Of a stretch of 64,000 nucleotides of DNA, positions 13,933 through 24,542 are shown in pieces; within the stretch, counting starts at the first letter, position 1, and the number at the start of each line of letters is the position of its first letter. A program made the translations under genes and the position numbers. A model generated the notes under the pieces. The model was not told where the DNA came from. It saw only the letters and a program-made list of their open reading frames with translations, and made no database searches. Source of the DNA: Phoronis australis (Eukaryota; Animalia; Phoronida); the NCBI GenBank assembly GCA_002633005.1, contig NMRA01000533.1, forward strand, positions 234,494 through 298,493, written 5' to 3'.

Positions 13933-14458
13933 ATCGACAGGTTAATAACCCAAAGTCACGGATTAAGTTGATGGAGATTTGTACAGAATTGTCTATTGTT
14001 GATGTGTGACGGGAACTAAACCCCAGTAGTAAAGAATATACTTGGAGAGCTGGAAGTAAACGATCCAGACTAGATTTTTTTCTAATTTCTGAACACCTTT
14101 TAGCTGATATTGACGACTCCATAATAGAATTCGGTTACCGTTCCGATCATTCAATGGTAACGGTTTTTTTTAAAGTGATGTTTCCAGGAGTAGAAATCAT
14201 TTTGGAAGTTTAATAATTCTCTCCTAAAGAACTCTGAGTATATTGCTGCAGTCAAGAATACTATTAAATTAGTTAAACAACAGTATATGACTGATGACAT
14301 TCAGACTGTTGATAGTACAAGTAATTCAAATTTACAATTGTCTATAAATGATCAACTTTTTCTTGAAACGTTGTTGATGGATATTCGCGGCAAAACAATT
14401 TCCTTTGCTACTTACTTAAAAAGAAAAAGTGATAGAGTTGAACAGCAACTTATCAAAG
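13933..14458 (+). mobile_element. L1/Tx1 endonuclease C-terminal and linker fragment, bounded by single Ns
   Basis: YTWRAGSKRSRLDFFLISE, GYRSDHS and WKFNNSLL motifs. Confidence 0.85.
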
Positions 14459-15661
14459 NGCTGCTCCATTTTAGACGCACATACAAAAGCATGAAACGGG
14501 CGAAAACTCAAACATTTTAAATGGGGATATTCTTGGGGCACATCATATTATTAAAATAATGACAATTATTTCGCTTTTGGTGTTTTCAAAAAAAGATGAA
14601 GTAGATGAAACACCAGTTTGGAGTTGAGCAAGGTCCGTGTCCCTATATAAAGTACAGAATTGCGGTGGCACATGAGTCTACTGAAAGCAGACACTCTGGC
14701 AACCAAACATGTGCTAATGACTGGACAGGTCTATCAAATACTTTGAAAATAGTTTGAACATTGCAACATTTGAAATACATTGTATATTTCTTTCTGAGTT
14801 GAAAGGGCCAACTTCTCTCTTTGATTAACTGGGAGTCTTACTAATCTTACAATGTGGGTGTCCAAACTGGAGAAATTCTGATTGACAGGGCATCCAAATG
14901 ATACATTGGGCGTCCTTGCCAGAGTGTCCACATTAGTGCTAGGGCGTCCATTTGGACGCCCAGGACGTACGCTGCATGAAGGCCTGGTTTACCTTTCTCC
15001 TCTCTTCACCTTGATACTCTCCATAGAGCCCAAGGCCTCCTCAGCAAGAAAGTCAGCCAAACCAGGCCCATTAGCTAATCTGTCCTTCTGTTCTCCAGAT
15101 AACGTGCCATAAAGCTGGTTGACCACACAAGCACCCCACTGTGGATATAATACACATCTCAGTTACAAAAACAATAACACATGTCAAGTTTGAAATCAGA
15201 AAACACTCTTGAGGAGCCACGCATAATGGTGTGCTATTGTTGTCAAATCAACGTCAGTGCATGCCCGCCATGTTGTGAAAAACTAGAATGCCCAATAGTT
15301 GGATCTGTCCGATANACGACAAGTTTCATCAAAATCTCCATGTTAAGCTGCTTTGATGAAAAATAAAGAGGCCAACAGGAGGTGCTACAGTAGACATACC
15401 TATCCAAAAATCGACTGGTGCATCCACACAATTTATTGTCTCAAATTTCAACTTTTCACAATAACCGATGGACAAAATTAAAATTAAAACTGTCAACCGG
15501 GGAAGATAACCAAACCCATCTGAAAATTAACTGGCAGTCTGGTATTGACACATTTCCACCACAAACTTTTTGCGAAAAGTTTCATCACAGAAACTGATCT
15601 GCGGCATCCACCCAGCAATGAAATTGCCTACACTCAGCTAGAGTGTGGATGCTGTGCGTGA

Positions 15662-16079
15662 ACTTGGAATCCTGCTTATTCTCAAGATTAAGCTGAAGTG
15701 AGTGTTGCGTGAACTTGGAATTGGATGTTCTTTAAGGCAAAAAGGTGACATCTTTGTTCGGTGAAAAGAATTTTTGTAATTATTTGCCTCACAAACAACC
15801 ATTTTCTCCTTTACCGTAACTTGTGTCGCTGAAACGGAAGAATATGTGAATGGCTAAATGACGCTAAATCAATTATTGGTGAAACTGTGATCGCCCGTAG
15901 TTGAAAAAGTTGGTTAAAATTGACAATATTTTACTCAAATGTAACTTGATTTAGTTCAGAGCAAATTTTTATGAACATGAACGTGATAATTTGAGTGAAC
16001 TTGTCAAGTTGCCTCGCGAATTCCAAGTTCACGCAACACTCACTTCCGCTTAATCTTGAGATTAAGCAAGATTCCAAGT
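15662..16079. mobile_element. MITE with ~60-bp terminal inverted repeats
   Basis: ACTTGGAATCCTGCTTATTCTCAAGATTAAGCTGAAGTGAGTGTTGCGTGAACTTGGAA (15662-15720) is the near-perfect reverse complement of 16021-16079. Confidence 0.75.
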
Positions 16080-18840
16080 GATGGTTTTTCAGTGGAATTT
16101 TTTAAATTTTTAAAATTTTTTTGGGCTGACATTGGACATTTCGTCGTTCGCTCACTTAATACAGGTTTTGCTGTTGGCCAGTTATCCTCAACACAGAAAG
16201 AGGGAGTGATCACCTGCATCCCTAAGGGAGCAGATAAAAGTAAACATTATTTGAAAAACTGGAGACCCATATCCTTGCTCAATGCGACATATAAATTGGC
16301 TTCTTCGGCATTAGCTGAACGGTTAAAATCCATTTTGGGAAAAGTAATCAGTAAGGACCAGACAGGTCTCGTTTCTGGAAGAAATATGAACGAAAATATC
16401 CGAGTGCTATATGATTTAATGTTTTATGCCCAACAAACCTGGATTGCTTTTTACTGATTGATTTTGAGAAAGCTTTTGATTCATTGTCGTGGAATTTTAT
16501 TCAAAAAACTTTATCGTTCCTTAANATGACAGGTGAACTTAAAGTAACGTCATTGAACTGCAGAGGGCTGGGTCTCCATGAAAAACGAAAAGATGTACTC
16601 AACTATTTAGGAGAAAAACAATACTCCATCTATTGCCTACAGGACACACACTTTACTAAGAGAGAAGAAAACAATATTAGATCAATGTGGGGATATAAAT
16701 GTTTTTTCAATTCAAATTCCTCAAACTCCCGTGGAGTGGCGATCCTCTTTAAGAACACTTTTGAGTGGAATTTTATTCAAAAAACTTTATCGTTCCTTAA
16801 TTGTGGTTGGTCGATCAGAAGGTGGGTGAAAGTCTTTTACAGTAATATTAAGTCCTGTGTTGTCGTAAATGGTCACCCATCTTCTTGGTTCAATATTTCG
16901 CGTGGCTGCAGACAAGGTGACCCATTGTCTCCCTACATTTTTATATTGTGCGCGGAGATTTTGGCGTATTTAATCAAGAATAATAAAAATATTGCTGGTG
17001 TAATTGCTGGGAATAAGGAATATTTAATTTCGCAATGTGCGGACGACACATCAGTTACGTTGGATGGGTCGAATTTGTCATTGACTACCACTGACACTGG
17101 ATGTGTGTACTACATTTGTTTGCTAGTGTCTCCGGTCTCCAAGTGAATGTGGATAAAACAAAAGCCATATGGTTTGGAAGTAAAACTGGTAGTGATGACG
17201 TGATTCCTACAAAAGAAATTTTGTCTTGGACAAAAAAATCTTTTAGATTTTTGGGTGTGGATTTTGACACTCAATTGGATAGTATGACGCATAAGAACTT
17301 CACTGCAAGAATAACTGAGATCAAGTCTTTACTAAAAAGTTGGAGTCGACGAAATTTAACGCCGTTTGGTAGAGTAATGGTAATTAAAACATTAGCTATT
17401 TCTAAACTTAATTTTTTGTTGTCAAGTTTACCAAATTCATCAGTGAAAGTCTTGGGTGAATTGAATACGACATTTTTTAGATTTGCATGGCAGGCCCGTA
17501 ATGATAACATTAAACGAACTGCGGCCTGTTTAGGACTTGATCAAGGGGGAATTCAAATGGTTAATATGGATTCTTTCAGCAAAGCTTTAAAACTCGCTAT
17601 GGCCCGTAGATATCTGGAAAGCCCTGCGTCTAAAAGTGGTGAATTACTGTACGCACTCTACCCGTTCTTAAAGAATTTTGCTTCATTTGGAGATGACTTT
17701 ATTAAGTCGAAGTTAACTCTAATTGGTAATTCCTACTGGCGCGACGTATTTGAAAGTATGTATCTTTCTACAAGAAAACAATTGTTGCAAGTAAAGAGGA
17801 CTTTTTGAACCAACCTTTGTGGTTTAATAGTAACTTTGCGATCGGAGGCACAGGTGTTTTTTATAAGCCTTGGTTTGTAAAAGGCTTAAGATTTATTAGA
17901 GATATGTATACCTCTGATGGTGATTTTGTTAGTCTAAACAATATGAAAAATAAGTTCGACGTGAAAACCAACTTTGTAGAATATAATGGTGTTGTTTCTG
18001 TTCTAAGAAGGTTTCAAAAAAGTTTATTTCAAAGTAAATTTAAAACTGTTAATGTCTACTCTCCTTGCATGCCTTTAACAATTACTCACTTACGGAAAGA
18101 TTTGAAGGGTTGTAGACATATTTGTTCAGTCTTTAATAACGTTAAGAAACCTAAGTAAGAGTCTAAATGGGAAATAGAGCTAGGAGATAGTTTAGATTGG
18201 AAGAAAATATATGCTTTACCTTACAAAATTACAAAGGATCCCCATATAAGATGGTTCCAATTTAGAATACTACATTATAGAATTATTGCAACAAATACCT
18301 TTTTAGTCAAAATATGTGTTAGGGATTCTGATCTATGTTCCTTTTGTAATAAAGCTCCAGAGACGCTGTCACACCTTTTTTGGGAATGTAGCTTTGTACA
18401 AGATTTCTGGAAGGAATTCGAAAAGCTACTTCAAAAGTGTGGCATTCAGCTTTCCAACTGTCTGTCTTACGATATTGTTATTCTTGGACTTTACAAGACT
18501 CAAGATTTCCTATTTAACATTTTACTTCTACTAGCTAAACAGTACATTTACAAAGAGAGATGTCACAAAAATATACCTAATTTTCTCAAGTTCGTTACAA
18601 AAACTTATGAATACTATAATGCTGAAAAATTAAATGCACATAACAACTTTGTACATGACAGCTTCTCTGCAAAATGGGAAAAATTTATTGTTCATGTTAA
18701 GTTCATGTAGAAGATATTTACTTTAAACGAGATATAAGAATGGTCTTCCTGAGGTGTGCATGCGTGAATGAATGGTGTACTTATTTGTTTGTTTGTTTTT
18801 GTAATTGTTTGTAAAGGATAATAAATACATTAAAAAAAAA
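16077..18840 (+). mobile_element. 5'-truncated L1/Tx1-type LINE (RT to poly-A), frameshifted
   Basis: DGFSVEFF, NWRPISLLN, DFEKAFDS, GCRQGDPLSP, ADD, C-terminal CxxC..ET..HLFW.C, then AATAAA and A-run at ~18820-18840. An endonuclease N-terminal piece (SLNCRGL, CLQDTH) is wedged in at 16526-16763. Confidence 0.95.
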
Positions 18841-21111
18841 TTTCAAGGGCATGGAGTCTTCTACATGTCCATGTTATTATTTTTAGTTTTCTCGCGGGGG
18901 CAGCTTCGCTATAAGGGTACAACTTACTGCTGGTTTTTCACAAGAAGGAAATGTACCTACACGGAAACAGTTCCAGTGTTACCATGATAACCGATATTTC
19001 AATGTCGGTGCCGTTTTTACTGACATTGGTCATGAACCTGTCATGCGATATCAAAATTGTTCAGAACTGACTCTGTTTGAAGCAGAAACTAGAGTAGAAA
19101 ATTTGGTCAAAAATGACTCATTCCACATCAAGAAATTGCCTCATTTTGCCCCCCAGAACACTTCCCTTGTATCTCCTAAACCACCAAACTTTGTGGTGTC
19201 ATACTGCACCCAATTTCTCTCATCCGTAATGTGATTTATCAGACTAAACATGGATCTGAATGCCTGACCCCCCACCTTGCCGCTTGTTGGCTGTACAGTG
19301 GTCGGTGGATTCGTGGACTGATACTTAATCCTAGTTTTTTCCCGTAACTCGAAAGACCTAACGCATTTGCTTCTTGGGTGATGTCACCTTTGTAAATTAA
19401 CATTGATTTCACTTCAAGTAGCCGAATGCAGGCTAATAAACAAAAAAACACCACTTTCACTAAATGATCAGTTTTGCACATGTCCGAATCTTGTTCTTTG
19501 GCAGTGACTCCAGTTTGAAGGTGCGCGACTCTTGTTCTAAAGTGAACGGGTCTCGTGAAAAGTTCGCGATTACTAAGCCTCCTCTATAATTCATTAACAA
19601 AGATCCACTTAACCGACACAATTTATAGAAAAGTGGAAATAATGAAATGTGGGCTTTTAATTAGAAATTAATCAAAAGGTTTTCCCACCTTCCGCTTTAA
19701 CATTTTACTTTCAAGAATTTGAAAAAATGACATAATCTATACGAGTACGAATTGGTGGAAATTTTTAGTAATTTAGTGGAAATTTACATCGTATGAAAGT
19801 TTATCCTACTATGAGAGAAGACAATTTTGAGAAAGAAGTATACAAAAATGGACGGTTCATCTGATGTTTTTAATTCCCACTCACAATCTAATCAAGTAAA
19901 TCACGACATTAACTCCCACAAACGTATCTCAAAGGCAACCTCACAGTTACATTATTTTTTACAGCCGAAAAAGCTGTTGAAGAAATTAGGTTTGACCTCC
20001 AAACCTATAAAACAACAAAATCCGTTAGATTTTTGTGATTTTATTACGAATCGCCAATTTTCCCCGCTGCCAACCCGAGATTCACTCCGTCAAGGCGGGT
20101 GTCTTTACCAGTTAAATACGTTGAAACTACACTGGACTTACTCGAGCGGGATTCAACTCCGCCAGCAGAGCGTTACACTGGGTCCGCAGAGGGTGCAGAT
20201 GCAGGCAAATCACGACTTTTCTCGTCGACAATGTCACTTCAACACGATAGCACGTGCTGGGTTTCTAAGCTGCTCAGTCTAAGACCGGTTGACTAAAATG
20301 GTCAAAACTGGTGGCTTTATGGCACACATTTCACTCGCTGAAGCCCTGAACAAACGTTAGGAGTTGGAAATCATTTTTATCAGGGCGTGGGCACGTTTGA
20401 GATGATGGCTATACGTTTTGATTAACATTTTAGGTATTATGTAAAAAAGGAAATGAACCATTAAGGTGGTGTAGCAGCGTAGAAAAATGTCAAGATAAGG
20501 GTTTATAACTTTGTGCTCGAGTTCATTATGAGTTTCTAGATCAATTTCGCATTAGATGATCCAGATATTCTAGCTAAAAAACGACTAAAAACGCGAGATT
20601 TCGAGTTAACGAAAATTCGAAATTTCGAGTTCATACTCGAACTTTTAGCCTTAATCATTGGGTCATAAAGAGCAAACTAGGATTACGCAGTTATTCCCGA
20701 AAGTCATTGACTCTAATGTAGGATAACAGACACTGATCTTAAATTCGTAGAGTAGTAAAAGCCAAAAATAGTTTGAAGTTCGATCTAAGGTAAAAAAAGA
20801 TTAGAACCTGGACACTGATCTGTGTTACGTAGACGCAAGTAACGGCTGGACAAGCTAGTGTGGTAACGTACACCGTTTGTGGCATGGCGATGGTGATCCT
20901 GCGTTCGCCCTGGGTGCATCTTCACGGGAACTGAATGGTGGAAAACGTACCCCAATGTATGATACGTGACATGCATGTTGACAGAATATTGCCTAAATCA
21001 GAACCAAGTTCAGTCAAGTTTATGGTGGTGGTTTGTATTCATGTAACTACGGTAATAAAAGCTTTCCTACAACACGTGGTGCTTTCAACACAGATCTAAG
21101 TCACTAGGTTG

Positions 21112-24100
21112 TCAAATTCGTATCAAGGTCTTTCTACTCAGCTCTGAAATCCAAGCGTACAGAACAGCTGCACTCGCGTCACACGCTTCGACGTCCTTCT
21201 CTGAAACATCCCCAAGAATATCCAATGCCTTTGTCGCAACATCTGGTCGAACATCTGATATTTGTAAACCGTTTAAACGCTGTAGCAGTTCTGGGTCACC
21301 AGGAGTGTCTTCCAACGTGAAAAAACGTCGGCATGACTCCCAGTCTATAACATCCTCTCCAAGGAGCAAAAGAGTTGCTTTGACAACGCTAAAAAGTGCT
21401 TTCGGTGGTTCGTCACAATTCACCATCGACCCCAAACTATCGGAATTGATGCTGATAGCTGCCGATTTCAATAAATCAAGCTTTAGTAGTCCATCGTAAA
21501 GCATCTGTGCAGTATCGAGTTCACATTGCAAGTGTTTTTTAACCGAAGATGTTTCTGCTGATAACATTGCATGATGGAGAGCAGCCATGTCCTTATTGTT
21601 TATGGCCTCTTGAAGAGGTAATTTTAAGGGCAGAACAGCAAGATTCTTTTTAACATTTCGCATTACAGCCTGATTTGGCGAGGCGTATTGCTTGTTTTTG
21701 GCTAAAAATTTCCTGTACTCATCCAAATGTAGATTGATGTCGTCAACGTTCCCAGCAGCGATGGCCTTTTCTATTGTCGACAGATATTTGTTATGTTCAA
21801 TTTGCACGCGTTCTGTAGGTGCTAACATACTTTGAAGTGTTTCCTGGGCTTTGTCGATTAAATTCTGGTCTAAAGTAAATTTAGGGTACAGTTGAATGAA
21901 CTTCTTGTATTCCTTTACCTTTGCCTCAATTAGGGATTTGTCTCTATTTGCAATAGCTTTGAAGGCGCTTGTCTTAATTGAATTGTACAGCTTATCCAAA
22001 TCTTTGCCCTCCTCTAATGCAGATATCTGACATACAGCTTGATTTGTCACCTCCGTGTCTTCTTCCACAGAACCTTTGTGTAGCTGAATGAACGCCTGGT
22101 AGTTGTCCAGGGTAGTTCGTATTTGAACAAGCTTCGACGAGGCCATGGCGTCTTGCAGCTGTCTCCGTAACGAAAGCTCCTCATGCTGCTCAGCGTCTGC
22201 TTTCCTATGTTGCTTAAGCGCGTCGTTAACTCTAGTTATAAGTTTCTTGTCTGCCTTCGTGTCGCTGGACTCGCAAAATTGATTGTAGTCAGAAAGCAGG
22301 CCTTCCATTGCTGTAAAGTCGTTTCCTGTCAGTGCCTCGTTTATTTTTTCTATTAATGTCTGAGCTTTGTCTGCGTTTGCCTTTATTGCCATCTTCTTTT
22401 TGATAACAGTCTTTGCGTCGCATTCAAGCTGGGTGTCAATCTCCAAACTATGCACCTTGCAGTATTCCAAGTAGTCTTCAAGCCTCTGCTGAATCGTGCT
22501 GTAGTTGTTTTCCTTTACGGCGCGTAGCAGCCCGTCTTTGAGGCAGGCTTCCTCTCTCATGGTGATCGCCTCTTCTAGAACGTCATCTTCGTGTAGCTCT
22601 TCATTCTCCATCAAACAGTGATCGCACATGCCAATCACCCAGGCGTACATGGAACCTGCTCCATGGCTAATCTCTCGCACCTGCTCCTGTGTGAAGCCTG
22701 CCAATAGACGTTTGGCACGATCGGCTACCTTCGGTCGCAGTCTGTTGATGTCGTACTCACGAATGCGAGCCAACAATCCAGGGTAGTCGTGAGTACGAAT
22801 TGTGGTGCTCCGTCTCTGACAGGTCGCCCAGTCATTCACTTCACTTTCCGGGTCGCCTAGTATAAGAAGTGTCGCTTTCACCACCTCATGGACAAACCGA
22901 GGTGGTTTTTTGTATTTCCTGATCTCTTGTAAAAGGTTTCTGTCAAACTGAAGCAGCGCAGATTTTGCCTGTTCTATATTTTCTAAGCTACAACACAACT
23001 CTTTTGCCGTATTAAGTTCGAGCTTAAGGCAATGTGCACGTCCACTCTCGTTGATAGTTTCAATGGTCTCTTTAATACCTGTTATGTTGCGTTCTACAGC
23101 CGCTTCAATTAGTCGCGCTTTTAATTCCAAAATTTGGATGGAGTTTTCGGATTCCACGAGCAGATTTCCATCCAGGTGCAACCAGTGGCATTCAGAATGC
23201 GTTGCTTGCTCCTCTGAAACGAAGCCTACGTAACTCGCTAGGTTGTTGGCGATGTCAGTCTTGTTGTCTGAAAAATTTGACTCGATCAGCGCATCTTTTA
23301 ACGCCTGGTGTTCACATTGTAAGCGTCTTACTCCTGCAGCTATTTCTTGTAACAAGTTTTTCGTGTCCCGTACAAGTCCATCATCGGCGACTACAAGGTC
23401 GTGGTACAACATATGAAAGTGCTCGTATTTCTCCAGCGCCTTTATGATTTCTTTTTTGTTCCGAGCCTCATAAGCAGTATGCAATTCGTCTGCTATACTG
23501 TCGTGAACGTCCACAAAGTTGTCCCCGTCTAATTGCATACATTCCAAAATCTCGATCATGCTGTACGCCAAGTCTGTAAGTTGAGTATTGACAGTGTCCA
23601 ATTGTAAGTTGTCACTGTAAAATAGATTGATCTTTTTCAAAACTCGTTGAAGTTCTTCGATGCACTTTTCCTTGAAAGCATCCTCTAACTGTTTTCGCAG
23701 CTCAGATTCCCCAAAAGCCACTGCTTGAAATTTGCCAATCGTCTTTTGAGTCTCCCTTTGCAACTCCACGTCGATTTCTACATTGTCTCTTACGTGGTGA
23801 GACCGACAAAACTCTTCATACTTTGAATGAGCGTCAATGATGTCTTCATAGATTTGTCCTCTCAAGGTAGTTTTTAACTCTTCTTTCAAGAACTCTTCCT
23901 CAGCTCTAATTATCCTCTGACGAGTTTCGTTGATTTCTTGTTCTCTCGCCTGAGTGTCAACAGCCATGAACTTGCAATATGTTTTGTACTGGAATAGATT
24001 TTTGGCTATCGCTGACTCGTCCCTCTCAATTAAAGACTTCCGAAGCCTATCTTTCATAACAGTCTGGCGGCGAACATCATCAACGCACTTCTTGCGCTCC

Positions 24101-24542
24101 TGGTCAACTTTCAATATCGCTTTACGAATGAGTGTCTCATCGGCTTCTATACCAAATTCCACGTGCTCTCGGCAGTAATTCTTGTATTTGGACAAGTAGT
24201 AAGTAACGTCGCAAGCAGAAGCCATCTGAACGGATTCCGCGAGCCACGCTTTGATAATGTCATGCTCGTTTCTAATTAGCGATAGGCGAGCATCGTCTAC
24301 ATCATTCTGGGTCTCTTGTTTACACGATTCAGTTCTTGCCGCATCTAATGTTTGATAGGAAGCAACGTCGAAAGCCTTGATAGACTGTTCTATCTTGATG
24401 CTCTTGCACGACTTCGCCTGCCTCTGTAGTATTTGCTCCACTTGCCGTTTCCGCTTTCGCTGCTGCCTCATCAAGAGAGCAGTGGTAAGTATAAGTAGGA
24501 ACACGAGCGATACCACTAGCGGAGCTAGCCAAGCTGCTGTGT
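21112..24542 (-). CDS. Terminal 3431-nt exon: TM helix, basic juxtamembrane stretch, helical repeats, two dynein-MTBD-like domains
   Basis: Lies within the 1154-aa ORF. Acceptor TTGAC...TCCCATGTTTCAG is in phase 1. WLAPLVVSLVFLLILTTALLM is followed by RQQRKRKRQ. MTBD-like segments lie at ~22628-22960 and ~21135-21465. Confidence 0.9.

Noticed and set aside
16484-17146. ORF with RT-endonuclease-RT order as a novel retroelement
   Set aside because: The insert starts at a single N and is flanked by a 36-bp duplication, typical of gap-filling artefacts.
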